Program-made: the position numbers and the translations under genes | Sequence record: DRR723986_7087 | DNA: 64,000 nt | Strand: one strand, 5' to 3' | Notes under the pieces: generated by a model | Databases searched by the model: none | The model's input: the letters and a program-made list of their open reading frames with translations, nothing else | What the model was told of the DNA's origin: nothing | Shown here: positions 1-12,752 of the stretch, one piece after another | How positions within the stretch are numbered: the first letter of the stretch is position 1 | Layout: the number at the start of each line of letters is the position of its first letter

Positions 1-1
1 C

Positions 2-565
2 AAAGGCAACATCATGAAGTTCACCGAAGGTGCCTTCAAGAACTGGGGCTACGAGTTAGCCATGGAAGAGTTCGGTGGTGAGCTGCTAGACGGCGGTCCA
101 TGGGTCAAGCTGAAAAACCCAAACACTGGCAAAGAGATCATCATTAAAGACGTAATTGCCGACGCGATGCTCCAGCAGGTATTGCTGCGTCCGGATGAGT
201 ACAGCGTTATCGCGACGCTGAACCTGAACGGCGACTACCTCTCTGATGCACTTGCCGCGCAGGTTGGCGGTATCGGTATTGCACCTGGTGCAAACCTCAG
301 CGACAACGTTGCACTGTTTGAAGCCACTCACGGTACAGCACCAAAATACACCGGCCAGGATAAGGTTAACCCCGGTTCACTGATCCTGTCGGCTGAAATG
401 ATGCTGCGCCACCTCGGCTGGAATGAAGCAGCGGACCTGATTATCGACGGCATGAACGGCGCGATTCAGGCCAAAACAGTCACCTATGACTTTGAGCGTT
501 TGATGGAAGGGGCAACCTTGCTGAAATGTTCTGAGTTCGGTGATGCGATCGTCAAGCACATGTAA
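2..565 (+). CDS. icd: NADP-dependent isocitrate dehydrogenase (5' truncated by window edge)
   Basis: Frame is open from base 2 ([13 protein letters not shown]); [25 protein letters not shown] and [11 protein letters not shown] motifs. Confidence 0.97.
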   Translation, partial: KGNIMKFTEGAFKNWGYELAMEEFGGELLDGGPWVKLKNPNTGKEIIIKDVIADAMLQQVLLRPDEYSVIATLNLNGDYLSDALAAQVGGIGIAPGANLSDNVALFEATHGTAPKYTGQDKVNPGSLILSAEMMLRHLGWNEAADLIIDGMNGAIQAKTVTYDFERLMEGATLLKCSEFGDAIVKHM

Positions 566-572
566 GTGTGTC

Positions 573-596
573 GGCCACCCCTGGTGGGGTGGCCTT
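573..596 (+). terminator. GC-rich hairpin after icd, possible terminator
   Basis: GGCCACCCC-TGGT-GGGGTGGCC, 9-bp perfect stem just after the stop codon; U-tract is weak. Confidence 0.5.
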
Positions 597-704
597 GCTG
601 TCGATGTGGGCGCGTTAATTGAGGGCTTGGATCACAGCGCGGAGTGATTGCCCACGTATTCGTGGCGACTAAGGCACTTTGCAAACCTTAGCCTTTTTCT
701 TGGT

Positions 705-935
705 TCACTGCTCAACTTCTTGTTCTAATTCAGAATCTGCCTGAATATTTGTTGCATGTAGGCCTTTCGGGCCCTGCTGGGCATCAAAGCAGACGCTCTG
801 ACCTGCCTTAAGCGTTTTGTAGCCTTCCATTGAGATCGCGGAGTAGTGCGCAAACACTTCTTGATTGCCATCTTCGGAGAGAATAAATCCGTAACCTTTG
901 GCGTTATTGAACCACTTTACAACACCATTTTGCAT
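705..935 (-). CDS. cspD: Cold-shock domain protein CspD
   Basis: GVVKWFNNAKGYGFI and VFAHYSAI motifs; divergent from clpS as is typical for cspD. Confidence 0.93.
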   Translation of the reverse strand: MQNGVVKWFNNAKGYGFILSEDGNQEVFAHYSAISMEGYKTLKAGQSVCFDAQQGPKGLHATNIQADSELEQEVEQ

Positions 936-1013
936 AGCCTTACACCCTGATTTCTCGTTATAGTTATTGTCACATTTAACGCGATAGACCTTGTTTTTCT
1001 CGCGCTAATACCC

Positions 1014-1043
1014 ATTTTTAAAACACGGAGTGCTTGGCGTCAA
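1014..1043 (-). promoter_or_regulatory. Candidate sigma70 promoter for cspD
   Basis: Minus strand TTGACG-17 nt-TAAAAA(T). Confidence 0.35.
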
Positions 1044-1126
1044 GCCGCGACTTCTCGCTAGCCGCGCTTCGTGAATACCCCTATTGTGGGGGAATACCGC
1101 GATGCTAAGCTCAGGTAAACAGAATT

Positions 1127-1474
1127 ATGCCGTACCCGAACACAGTTATGAGCCAGGAAGATCACTCCGATTATGAAGGAGGCACCGCTCTACAGGAGTC
1201 GAAACCACAGCTGAAAAAGCCACCGCTCTATAAAGTGGTGCTGCTAAACGATGACTACACCCCAATGGAGTTTGTCATCGAGGTACTCGAAGACTTTTTT
1301 TATATGGATAGACAAAAAGCAACACAAGTGATGCTAACCGTTCACACCCAGGGGAAAGGGGTTTGCGGCGTATTTACTCGCGATATCGCTGAAACAAAAG
1401 CGGAGCAGGTTAATCAGTATTCACGTGAAAGCGGCCATCCTCTACTCGCCGAAATCGAAGAGAACGAAGGCTGA
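1127..1474 (+). CDS. clpS: ATP-dependent Clp protease adaptor ClpS
   Basis: [26 protein letters not shown] and DIAETK motifs; upstream of clpA; true start may be ATG 1148. Confidence 0.96.
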   Translation: MPYPNTVMSQEDHSDYEGGTALQESKPQLKKPPLYKVVLLNDDYTPMEFVIEVLEDFFYMDRQKATQVMLTVHTQGKGVCGVFTRDIAETKAEQVNQYSRESGHPLLAEIEENEG

Positions 1475-1528
1475 TCATGTCACGTACAAAGCAATACCCA
1501 TGTGCAACAACAGAAGGCGTAACAGGCT

Positions 1529-3808
1529 ATGTTGAGTAAAGATTTAGAAACGACACTCAGCCAGGCATTCAAGTCTGCCCGCAGCCGTCGGCATGAATTT
1601 ATGACGGTAGAGCACTTATTGCTTGCCCTTGCAGACAACGAAGCCGCAGTGAAGGTGCTACTGGCCTGTGGAGCAGATTTACCCCAGTTAAAGGGTGAAC
1701 TAAGCGAGTTTGTTGACGCGACCACACCGCGTATTCCCGACGATGACGTCGAGCGAGATACCCAACCCACTTTGGGCTTCCAGCGTGTTCTGCAGAGAGC
1801 CGTGTTTCACGTGCAATCCTCCGGCAAACAAGAAGTGACCGGCGCTAACGTTCTGGTTGCTATTTTCAGCGAACAAGAAAGCCAAGCGGTCTACTTCCTG
1901 AAGTCACAAAGTGTTAACCGCCTGGACATCGTGAATTACATCACCCACGGCATTTCCAAGGTGTCCGGGGGAGAGTCCGGTGAGCATGAGCAACACGACG
2001 AGCACGAGGGTGAGGGCAGTGATCCCGAGCAACGCCCGCTGGAAAGCTTCTCCACCAACCTCAACGAAGAGGCGCAGTCCGGTCGCATTGACCCCTTAAT
2101 TGGTCGCACAGAGGAAGTGGAGCGCGTTGCCCAGATACTCAGCCGCCGTCGCAAGAACAACCCTTTGCTCGTCGGCGAGTCTGGTGTCGGTAAAACCGCT
2201 ATTGCAGAAGGCTTGGCAAAGCGGATTGTCGATGGCGATGTCCCCAGCGTGCTGGCCGACAGTGTCGTTTACTCTCTGGATATGGGGGCGCTATTAGCCG
2301 GGACCAAATACCGCGGCGACTTCGAAAAACGCCTGAAGGGCCTGCTTGCAGACCTGAAAAAACGCGAAGGTGCGATCCTGTTTATTGACGAGATCCACAC
2401 GATTATCGGGGCAGGAGCCGCGTCAGGCGGTGTTATGGATGCCTCGAATCTATTAAAGCCGCTGCTCAGTAGCGGACAAATTCGCTGCATAGGCTCTACC
2501 ACCTTCCAGGAGTATCGCGGGATCTTTGAGAAGGATCGCGCCCTGAGCCGCCGCTTCCAAAAAGTGGATATCGGCGAGCCCAGTGTGGAAGATACCTTCC
2601 ATATATTGAAAGGCCTGAAGTCACGTTTTGAAGGGCACCACGAGCTCAAATACAGTGACGCAGCGCTGCGAACCGCCGCAGAATTGTCGGCGCGTTATAT
2701 CAATGATCGCTTTTTACCCGATAAAGCCATCGATGTAATAGACGAAGCCGGAGCGTATCAGCGCCTGCAGCCCGAGGATCAGCGTGTCGATGTTATCGAT
2801 GTGGCAGATATTGAGGTCATTGTCGCCAAAATTGCTCGCATACCGCCCAAGAGCGTATCGTCGGATGACAAAGCGTCACTGGCCAAGCTCGAAGACAACC
2901 TCAAAATGGTGGTCTTCGGTCAGGATCAGGCAATCACCGAGCTCAGTGCATCCATCAAGCTGGCGCGAGCTGGCCTGAAAGCCGGGGACAAGCCCATTGG
3001 CTCGTTCTTGCTGGCCGGCCCCACCGGCGTGGGTAAGACAGAAGTTTGTCGCCAATTGGCAAAAATACTGGGCTTGGAATTGATCCGCTTCGACATGTCG
3101 GAGTACATGGAACGCCATACAGTATCGCGCCTGATCGGTGCGCCTCCAGGCTATGTCGGCTTTGACCAGGGCGGGTTATTAACCGATGCGGTGACCAAGC
3201 ACCCACACTCTGTTGTGTTGCTCGATGAGATCGAAAAAGCACACCCAGAGCTTTTCAATCTGTTGCTGCAGGTGATGGACCACGGTTCACTGACCGACAA
3301 CAACGGCCGCAAAGCAGATTTCCGCAACGTTATCTTTATCATGACAACCAATGCCGGGGCCGAGAGTATTAGCCGCCGCTCTATTGGTTTCACCGAGCAG
3401 GATCACCACACTGATGCCAGCGAAGCGATCAACCGGCTGTTTACGCCGGAGTTCCGCAACCGCCTGGACAGCGTGATTAACTTTGCGCCCCTGCCTGAAG
3501 AGGTCGTGCTTACTGTCGTGGATAAGTTCTTGGTTGAACTACAAGCTCAGCTCGACGACAAAAAAGTCGCTCTTCACGTTGATGACGACGCGCGCCGCTG
3601 GCTGGTGAAAAAAGGTTACGACCGCACAATGGGTGCCCGCCCGATGGCGAGAGTCATTCAAGAACACATCAAAAAGCCACTTGCGGAAATGGTGTTGTTC
3701 GGCAGTCTGGAAGAGCAGGGAGGTGTTGTGCACATCAGCGTGAATAGCGAGGCAGATACGCTAACACTGGAAGCAGAAACTCAGCGGGAAACAGAAACAG
3801 AGGCCTGA
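1529..3808 (+). CDS. clpA: ATP-dependent Clp protease ATP-binding subunit ClpA
   Basis: Two AAA+ modules ([16 protein letters not shown]); [15 protein letters not shown]-terminus. Confidence 0.98.
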   Translation: MLSKDLETTLSQAFKSARSRRHEFMTVEHLLLALADNEAAVKVLLACGADLPQLKGELSEFVDATTPRIPDDDVERDTQPTLGFQRVLQRAVFHVQSSGKQEVTGANVLVAIFSEQESQAVYFLKSQSVNRLDIVNYITHGISKVSGGESGEHEQHDEHEGEGSDPEQRPLESFSTNLNEEAQSGRIDPLIGRTEEVERVAQILSRRRKNNPLLVGESGVGKTAIAEGLAKRIVDGDVPSVLADSVVYSLDMGALLAGTKYRGDFEKRLKGLLADLKKREGAILFIDEIHTIIGAGAASGGVMDASNLLKPLLSSGQIRCIGSTTFQEYRGIFEKDRALSRRFQKVDIGEPSVEDTFHILKGLKSRFEGHHELKYSDAALRTAAELSARYINDRFLPDKAIDVIDEAGAYQRLQPEDQRVDVIDVADIEVIVAKIARIPPKSVSSDDKASLAKLEDNLKMVVFGQDQAITELSASIKLARAGLKAGDKPIGSFLLAGPTGVGKTEVCRQLAKILGLELIRFDMSEYMERHTVSRLIGAPPGYVGFDQGGLLTDAVTKHPHSVVLLDEIEKAHPELFNLLLQVMDHGSLTDNNGRKADFRNVIFIMTTNAGAESISRRSIGFTEQDHHTDASEAINRLFTPEFRNRLDSVINFAPLPEEVVLTVVDKFLVELQAQLDDKKVALHVDDDARRWLVKKGYDRTMGARPMARVIQEHIKKPLAEMVLFGSLEEQGGVVHISVNSEADTLTLEAETQRETETEA

Positions 3809-3824
3809 CACAGGTCTCTGTTTC
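3794..3824. terminator. Hairpin between convergent clpA and infA
   Basis: GAAACAGAGGCCTG-ACA-CAGGTCTCTGTTTC, 14-bp stem with one G:U pair, spanning the clpA stop. Confidence 0.55.
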
Positions 3825-3835
3825 ATTGCTGGCAC

Positions 3836-4054
3836 TTAGCGGCCGCGGAAAGTGATGCGGCCTTTGGTCAGGTCGTAAGGCGTGAGCTCAACCTTAACTT
3901 TATCGCCGGTCAAAATACGGATGTAGTGCTTGCGCATCTTCCCTGAGATGTGGGCAGTAACAACGTGGCCGTTTTCCAGCTTTACGCGAAACGTGGTGTT
4001 GGGCAGGGTATCAATAACCTCGCCTTCCATTTCAATCTGGTCTTCTTTCGCCAT
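3836..4054 (-). CDS. infA: Translation initiation factor IF-1
   Basis: 72 aa; [15 protein letters not shown] and AHISGKMRK motifs. Confidence 0.98.
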   Translation of the reverse strand: MAKEDQIEMEGEVIDTLPNTTFRVKLENGHVVTAHISGKMRKHYIRILTGDKVKVELTPYDLTKGRITFRGR

Positions 4055-4117
4055 TCGGCAGCAATCCTCAGATGTGGTTGAAAGTAGAGAGTGGGGCCTA
4101 GTGACCCGGAAAAAACT

Positions 4118-4152
4118 GCGCGCATTTTGCCCTAAATAGCGGGATTAGGCAA
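4118..4152 (-). promoter_or_regulatory. Candidate sigma70 promoter for infA with GC-rich discriminator
   Basis: Minus strand TTGCCT-17 nt-CAAAAT followed by GCGCGC. Confidence 0.5.
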
Positions 4153-4159
4153 TTTGTGA

Positions 4160-4864
4160 TCAATTCAATCGCACCCAGCGCTGACTCATAAGCAGCTCCA
4201 AGGGGCGATAATCAATTTTGTAGCGCATTTTTTGGCAGTCTCGTATCCAATAACCGAGATATAAATAGGGCAGTTGTCGCTGCCGGCAGGTTTCGATCAT
4301 ATGAAGGACCGCCAGTTTGCCGAGGCTGCGACGTTGCGCTTCTGGCGCATAAAATGTGTATATCGCCGACAGCCCGTCCCCCATCTGGTCGCATACACTG
4401 ACCGCTAGCAGCTGACGTTGATGGTATATATGCAGGTAAGTCGTGTCCCGGCGGCTGTCGGCAATAAAGCTGTCGAACTGTTCGCGAGAGGCTGGGTACA
4501 TATCGCCATCGCGGTGACGCTCGTTGATGTAGCGTTCATACAGCGGGTAGGCCTCGGCATCTAACGATTCACGCCAGTAGTAATCCAGGTCTTTATTGCG
4601 GGCGATTTGCCGCCGCTGATTACGACTCAAGCTGAAGTCGGCGACAGGAACCCGGCTGGCAATGCAGGCGTTGCAACCGTCGCAATTTGGCCGGTAATAG
4701 TGGCTGCCACTGCGCCGAAAGCCTGCCTGGGACAGGCGAGTATAAAGGGGAGAGCCAACGTCGCAGGCCGGGTCTACAAACAGGGTCTGCGCCTCGCGGT
4801 CATCAAAGTAACTGCATGGGTGAGGGGCCGTGGCGTAGAGCTTAATTTGTCGGTCGTCATTCAT
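4160..4864 (-). CDS. bpt: ATE1-like aminoacyl-tRNA--protein transferase (Bpt / putative arginyltransferase)
   Basis: HPCSY, GFRRSG, YRPNC..CNAC and YLYLGYWI..CQKMRYK motifs; overlaps aat. Confidence 0.9.
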   Translation of the reverse strand: MNDDRQIKLYATAPHPCSYFDDREAQTLFVDPACDVGSPLYTRLSQAGFRRSGSHYYRPNCDGCNACIASRVPVADFSLSRNQRRQIARNKDLDYYWRESLDAEAYPLYERYINERHRDGDMYPASREQFDSFIADSRRDTTYLHIYHQRQLLAVSVCDQMGDGLSAIYTFYAPEAQRRSLGKLAVLHMIETCRQRQLPYLYLGYWIRDCQKMRYKIDYRPLELLMSQRWVRLN

Positions 4865-5576
4865 AGCTATCTAGCAGGTCTGCGTCCAGCGTCCAGTGGC
4901 TCGCATCACTGGCTGTCGGTTGGGCGAAGGTCTCCAGCATCGATTTAAAGTCTGCGCGCGCTAGGTCTTCGGCGCCCATGCTGTAAAGGTAGTCATTGCC
5001 GACCTGGCAGTCGATAAGTTCAAACCCCCATCGCTGTAGTTGTTTGCACAGCCCTAGCAGCGCGAGTTTTGAACCATTGCTACGATGGCTGAACATCGAC
5101 TCGCCAAAGAACATTCGCCCCAATGCCAAGCCGTACAGGCCGCCAACCAGCTCTCCTTGCTGCCAAACTTCGATGGAATGCGCCCAGCCGAGTTCATGCA
5201 ATTGTTTATAGGCTTTCCGCATTTTTGTGGTGATCCATGTGCCTGGGCGCTTTGGGCTCAGTTCGGCGCAGGCATCCAGCACTTCGCCAAAACATTGATC
5301 GGCGGTGATCCGAAAACGCTCTCGCTTTAACCGCTTGCGCAGCGTTCTGTTCACATAGACCTTTTCGGGGAAAAGCACTGCTCGTGGTTGCGGCGACCAC
5401 CACAAAATAGGTTGCGGATCTTCATACCAAGGAAAAATCCCCTGTCGGTAGGCTTCCAAAAGGCGAGCAGGAGAGAGATCACCGCCAACGGCGAGCAGGC
5501 CGTTGGGGTCATCCAGCGCGGAGTCAATCTCTGGGAATTGCAGCGAATTTTCGCTTAACCAGGGAATGCTGGGCAC
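4857..5576 (-). CDS. aat: Leucyl/phenylalanyl-tRNA--protein transferase
   Basis: GLLAVGGDLSP.RL..AY..GIFPW, AHSIEVW and FFGESMF motifs. Confidence 0.96.
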   Translation of the reverse strand: MPSIPWLSENSLQFPEIDSALDDPNGLLAVGGDLSPARLLEAYRQGIFPWYEDPQPILWWSPQPRAVLFPEKVYVNRTLRKRLKRERFRITADQCFGEVLDACAELSPKRPGTWITTKMRKAYKQLHELGWAHSIEVWQQGELVGGLYGLALGRMFFGESMFSHRSNGSKLALLGLCKQLQRWGFELIDCQVGNDYLYSMGAEDLARADFKSMLETFAQPTASDASHWTLDADLLDSYE

Positions 5577-5592
5577 AGCAACGTGCCCGTAT

Positions 5593-6672
<1,080 letters not shown>

Positions 6673-6765
6673 CTAATATTGGGCCAAATTTCGCGGTTTC
6701 AACCGCTTCGCTTGCGCCCGCGCAGTGTTTTATCGCTACGAAGATAAGAAGGAAGCCGATTTCCC

Positions 6766-9099
6766 TTGGCAAAGACCACGAAGTCAAAGAACAACACTCC
6801 CGACAAAGGCCGCGACACCCTGCATTTGCGTTTGCGCGAAGGGCTGCTTATCGCTCTGGTCGCGGCCTGCCTGTACATTTTTGTCTCGCTAATCAGCTAT
6901 AGCGCCGCCGACCCCGGTTGGTCGAGAACGGGCAGTGGGGAAGATATCGCTAACGCCGGTGGCCCCGTCGGCGCCTGGCTTGCCGATGTGTTTTATGCAT
7001 TGTTCGGCTACATGGCCTATCTCTTTCCCGCCATGCTGGCCTTTCGGGCGATACAACTGTTTCGCGACCGCCTGCATGCCAACGGTTTCGACTCTGTTGT
7101 CTTCGCCTTGCGTTGCATCGGTTTTGTGTTGGTAATGATCGCCAGCACCGGCCTGGCCGCCACGGAAGATCACGGCAACAGTGGCTTGCCATTCGGTGCG
7201 GGGGGCGTTCTGGGCGATGCCATCGGCAGCGCAACCGTCGCCGGTTTCAGTTACTTCGGCAGTCATCTGCTGCTATTGGCGATCTTTTTGTTCGGAATGA
7301 CGGTATTCACCGACCTGTCCTGGCTGAAATTAATAGACCGTCTTGGGGGCATTACGCTCACGCTTTATGCGCGCCTTCAGGATCGCTACTACCAATTCCT
7401 CCAGCAGCGGGCAGAGCGCAAGGCCTCTCGCGAGGCGCAGCAACAGCGCAAGGAGTCGGTGGCCAAGAAAAACGAGATACAAAAGACCCGAACTGCACCG
7501 GCTATCGCGCCGCCGCCCAAGCCTGCCGCACCATCGGCGCGTGTAGAGAAAGAGCGTCAAACTTCGCTGTTTGACGGCATTGTCACCGGCAGCTTGCCAT
7601 CATTGTCGCTACTCGATCCGGCGGAACACCACCCAGACAAAGGCTTCTCTCCTGAGACGCTGGAGGCGATGTCGCGGCTGCTCGAAATTAAGCTGTTGGA
7701 TTTTGGTGTCTCAGCAAAGGTTGTCGCAGTGTTTCCGGGACCGGTAATTACGCGCTTCGAACTGGAGCCAGATGCAGGCGTTAAAGTAAGTAAAATCAGC
7801 AACTTGGTTAAGGATCTTGCTAGATCACTTGCAGTCGTCAGTGTGCGCGTCGTGGAGGTTATTCCAGGCAAGCCCTACGTTGGCATAGAAATTCCCAATG
7901 AAGATCGCGAGATCGTGAACTTCCGCGAGGTGCTTTCCTCTCAGGCTTTTGAGGCCTCTAAGTCCGCACTCACGCTGGCCCTGGGGCACGACATCTCGGG
8001 AGAGCCGGTTTGCGCCGACCTCGCTAAGATGCCGCACTTATTAGTTGCCGGTACGACGGGTTCCGGTAAATCGGTCGGCGTTAACGCGATGCTGCTTAGC
8101 TTGCTGTACAAGTCATCGCCGGAGCAAGTTCGCCTGCTGTTGGTGGACCCCAAGATGCTTGAGCTATCGGTCTACGACGGCATTCCCCATCTGCTGACGC
8201 CAGTCATTACCGATATGAAAGATGCCGCCAACGGGTTGCGCTGGTGTGTTGCTGAAATGGAGCGACGCTACAAATTAATGTCAGCAATGGGCGTTCGGAA
8301 TCTGGCGGGCTTCAACCGCAAGATCAAGGATGCCATTCAAAACGGCGAACCCATCAAAGACCCCTTATTCGTGCCCGATGAGAACTACCAGCCCGGCCTT
8401 GAAGAGGCGCTCGCGCCCGATCTTGAGCCGCTACCCGCTATTGTGGTGGTCATCGACGAATTTGCTGACATGATGATGATCGTGGGTAAAAAGGTTGAAG
8501 AACTTATCGCACGAATTGCTCAAAAGGCCCGTGCGGCGGGTATCCATTTGATTCTTGCCACCCAGCGCCCCTCTGTCGATGTCATTACCGGCTTGATCAA
8601 AGCCAACGTGCCCACGCGGATTGCGTTCCAGGTTTCGTCGAAAATCGATTCGCGCACAATTCTTGACCAGGGTGGCGCGGAGCAGCTGCTTGGCCACGGT
8701 GACATGTTGTATTTGCCACCCGGTTCCGGCCTGCCTGTGCGGGTGCACGGCGCCTTCTGTAGTGATGATGAGGTGCACAGAGTTGTTGCCGATTGGAAAA
8801 AGCGGGGAGAACCTCGCTATATCGATGGTCTATTAGAGGAGGGTAGCAGCAGCGATGCCATGCCAGGCATGGCCCCGGAAGGGGGCGATGACGACGGTGA
8901 GGCCGATGCGCTCTACGATGAAGCGGTTCGCTTTGTTACCCAAAGCCGTCGGGCGTCGATCTCCTCTGTGCAGCGTAAACTGCGCATTGGCTACAATCGC
9001 GCTGCTCGATTGATAGAAACCATGGAGTCTGCAGGTGTAGTCTCCGAGATGGCCAGCAACGGCAGCAGAGAAGTTCTGGCGCCGCCACCGGTCGAATAG
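6766..9099 (+). CDS. ftsK: DNA translocase FtsK
   Basis: N-terminal TM segments, [14 protein letters not shown] Walker A, C-terminal gamma domain [17 protein letters not shown]. Confidence 0.97.
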   Translation: MAKTTKSKNNTPDKGRDTLHLRLREGLLIALVAACLYIFVSLISYSAADPGWSRTGSGEDIANAGGPVGAWLADVFYALFGYMAYLFPAMLAFRAIQLFRDRLHANGFDSVVFALRCIGFVLVMIASTGLAATEDHGNSGLPFGAGGVLGDAIGSATVAGFSYFGSHLLLLAIFLFGMTVFTDLSWLKLIDRLGGITLTLYARLQDRYYQFLQQRAERKASREAQQQRKESVAKKNEIQKTRTAPAIAPPPKPAAPSARVEKERQTSLFDGIVTGSLPSLSLLDPAEHHPDKGFSPETLEAMSRLLEIKLLDFGVSAKVVAVFPGPVITRFELEPDAGVKVSKISNLVKDLARSLAVVSVRVVEVIPGKPYVGIEIPNEDREIVNFREVLSSQAFEASKSALTLALGHDISGEPVCADLAKMPHLLVAGTTGSGKSVGVNAMLLSLLYKSSPEQVRLLLVDPKMLELSVYDGIPHLLTPVITDMKDAANGLRWCVAEMERRYKLMSAMGVRNLAGFNRKIKDAIQNGEPIKDPLFVPDENYQPGLEEALAPDLEPLPAIVVVIDEFADMMMIVGKKVEELIARIAQKARAAGIHLILATQRPSVDVITGLIKANVPTRIAFQVSSKIDSRTILDQGGAEQLLGHGDMLYLPPGSGLPVRVHGAFCSDDEVHRVVADWKKRGEPRYIDGLLEEGSSSDAMPGMAPEGGDDDGEADALYDEAVRFVTQSRRASISSVQRKLRIGYNRAARLIETMESAGVVSEMASNGSREVLAPPPVE

Positions 9100-9108
9100 G
9101 ATTTCCTT

Positions 9109-9708
9109 ATGTACAATGCCTTTTTGGCCCTCGTTATTAGCGTAATATTTGCGGTGCCAGCACACGCCAGTGATGTTGCGCAACTGCATTTGCACTTATC
9201 CTCTCTGGAAACCCTGCAAGCCCAGTTTGAGCAAGAGGTTCGCGATGAAAGCGGCAACGTTTTGCAGCTCACCCGCGGCGAACTTGCGGTAGAGCGCCCC
9301 AACAAGCTTCGCTGGGAGAGCCGTGAGCCTTTTCAATACCAACTTATTAGCGACGGTGTAACGCTATGGCGTTACGACGCCGACTTGGAGCAGCTCAATA
9401 GCGAGCCATTTAGCGACGAGCTGGCAGAAGCACCGGCGATGATTATCGGCGCCAGCATTGAACAGCTAGAAAGCCAGTTTGATGTGCGGTTTAACAAACA
9501 GGGCGCACTGCGGGAGTTTATTCTCACGCCGAAACAACCCGGCATGTTCAGCCAAATGAGTCTGCGCTTTCGCCAGGGCAAACTTATCGGCATGAGTATG
9601 CGCGACAACCTGGAACAGTACACAGAGGTGAAATTTATCAAGCCGCGCTACAACGTACCGCTGGCTGACGACACCTTCATCTTTTCTGAAACCAACGCCC
9701 CCTCATGA
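9109..9708 (+). CDS. lolA: Outer-membrane lipoprotein carrier LolA
   Basis: Signal peptide; AQFEQ, RPNKLRW and ISDGVTLW.YD.DLEQ motifs; located between ftsK and rarA. Confidence 0.92.
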   Translation: MYNAFLALVISVIFAVPAHASDVAQLHLHLSSLETLQAQFEQEVRDESGNVLQLTRGELAVERPNKLRWESREPFQYQLISDGVTLWRYDADLEQLNSEPFSDELAEAPAMIIGASIEQLESQFDVRFNKQGALREFILTPKQPGMFSQMSLRFRQGKLIGMSMRDNLEQYTEVKFIKPRYNVPLADDTFIFSETNAPS

Positions 9709-10997
9709 GTAACCCCGCGCCGCTGGCGGCGCGTATGCGCCCGCAATCACTCGCTGAATACCGAGGACAGGCGCATTTGCTCGCTGAGGGCCAAGCGCTG
9801 CGCACAGCGCTTGATTCTGGCCAGCTTCACTCGATGATTTTTTGGGGGCCGCCGGGAGTTGGCAAGACCACCCTGGCGAGATTGATCGCCCAGCATAGCG
9901 ACGCTCACTTTATTACGGTCTCAGCGGTACTCGCGGGCGTAAAAGATATACGTCAGGCCGTTGAAGAGGCCAAGCGGGAGCGCCAGTACGGTCGCCGGAC
10001 GGTCTTGTTTATCGATGAAGTACACCGTTTTAACAAGGCCCAGCAAGATGCCTTTCTTCCCTATGTGGAGGATGGAACACTAATCTTCGTCGGTGCCACT
10101 ACCGAAAACCCCAGTTTCGAGATCAATAACGCACTGCTGTCGCGCGCCCGTGTTTACCCACTCCACGCGCTTGACGCCGAGAGTCAGCTGGCAATTTTAC
10201 GCCACGCCTGTGAAGAGGAAGGCTGGCAGTGTAGTGATGAACTGTTGTCAGAACTCGCTCTGCAGGCAGACGGCGATGCGCGCCGAGCACTTAACCTGCT
10301 AGAGCTCGCAATGGACATCATGCGCGACCGGGGCAGCGAACAAACGATTGACGCCGACGCTGTCTCGCAGGCAATGAGCCATCAACCCCGGCGCTTCGAC
10401 AAAGGCGGCGACCTGTTTTACGAGCAGATCTCCGCCTTGCACAAGTCGGTAAGAGGCAGTTCACCCGACGGCGCTCTGTACTGGCTTATTCGCATGCTCG
10501 ACGGCGGCTGCGATCCTATTTACGTCGCGCGGCGTCTGGTACGGATGGCCAGCGAAGATATCGGTAATGCCGACCCCAGAGCCCTGCGGATCTGCCTTGA
10601 CGCCTGGGATGTACAAGAGCGCCTCGGCAGTCCGGAAGGGGAGTTGGCACTGGCGCAAGCCGTGGCCTATTTAGCTGCCGCGCCCAAGAGTAACGCGGTC
10701 TACACGGCCTTTAATGCCTTAAAAAAACGCATCGCCAGCGACCCAAGTCACGATGTGCCCATGCACCTACGCAACGCGCCCAGCAAGTTAATGAAGGCCC
10801 AGGGCTTTGGCGAGGGCTATCGCTATGCCCACGATGAGCCCGATGCCTACGCCGCCGGGGAAAGCTATTTGCCGGAAGCCCTCCACGGCGAGCATTTCTA
10901 CCAACCCGTCGACCGCGGTTTGGAGCGAAAAATTGCTGAAAAAATGCGTTATTTACAGCAACTGGATGCACAAAGCCCGCATAAGCGTTATCCGTGA
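9705..10997 (+). CDS. rarA: Replication-associated recombination protein A (RarA/MgsA)
   Basis: PLAARMRP, WGPPGVGKTT, DEVHRFNKAQQD and SALHKSVRGS motifs. Confidence 0.96.
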   Translation: MSNPAPLAARMRPQSLAEYRGQAHLLAEGQALRTALDSGQLHSMIFWGPPGVGKTTLARLIAQHSDAHFITVSAVLAGVKDIRQAVEEAKRERQYGRRTVLFIDEVHRFNKAQQDAFLPYVEDGTLIFVGATTENPSFEINNALLSRARVYPLHALDAESQLAILRHACEEEGWQCSDELLSELALQADGDARRALNLLELAMDIMRDRGSEQTIDADAVSQAMSHQPRRFDKGGDLFYEQISALHKSVRGSSPDGALYWLIRMLDGGCDPIYVARRLVRMASEDIGNADPRALRICLDAWDVQERLGSPEGELALAQAVAYLAAAPKSNAVYTAFNALKKRIASDPSHDVPMHLRNAPSKLMKAQGFGEGYRYAHDEPDAYAAGESYLPEALHGEHFYQPVDRGLERKIAEKMRYLQQLDAQSPHKRYP

Positions 10998-11007
10998 GCG
11001 CAGTTCT

Positions 11008-11022
11008 TGCTAAAATGCCCGC
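11008..11022 (+). promoter_or_regulatory. Candidate extended -10 promoter for crcB-serS
   Basis: TGcTAAAAT followed by GC-rich GCCCGC. Confidence 0.45.
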
Positions 11023-11043
11023 TTTAACCAACAGGGAAAGCGC

Positions 11044-11412
11044 GTGCTGCAATATCTACTGATCGCCTTAGGTGGTGCCAGCGGCGCGCTGAGTCGCTAC
11101 GGTATTGGCCGGCTTTGCCAGGTGTTACCCGCGAGCCAATGGCCAGTGGCAACCTTTGCAGTGAATGTGCTCGGCTCCGCCGCCATTGGCGTTGTATACG
11201 TGCTGATTACCGAGCGCAGCAGCTTGCACAGCGACTGGCGCTATGTGTTGATGGTCGGCTTTTTTGGTGCCTTCACCACCTTTTCCACGTTTTCCCTTGA
11301 GTCTGTGGCGCTGTTGGAGGCGGGCAAACCGCTGCTGGCGCTGGCCTACATGCTCACTACTGTTACCACATGTGTACTGGCCTGCTGGCTAGGAATAATT
11401 GCTACAAGATAG
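11044..11412 (+). CDS. crcB: Fluoride channel CrcB/FluC
   Basis: GGASGALSRY and GFFGAFTTFSTF motifs; GTG start. Confidence 0.95.
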   Translation: MLQYLLIALGGASGALSRYGIGRLCQVLPASQWPVATFAVNVLGSAAIGVVYVLITERSSLHSDWRYVLMVGFFGAFTTFSTFSLESVALLEAGKPLLALAYMLTTVTTCVLACWLGIIATR

Positions 11413-11417
11413 CTTAA

Positions 11418-12751
<1,334 letters not shown>

Positions 12752-12752
<1 letters not shown>

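Noticed and set aside
400-704. Prophage attachment at the icd 3' end (as for E. coli e14)
   Set aside because: No duplicated icd 3' end and no integrase; cspD follows directly.
10998-11043. Fluoride riboswitch upstream of crcB
   Set aside because: The spacer is only 46 nt and lacks the GGCGATGG-type core.
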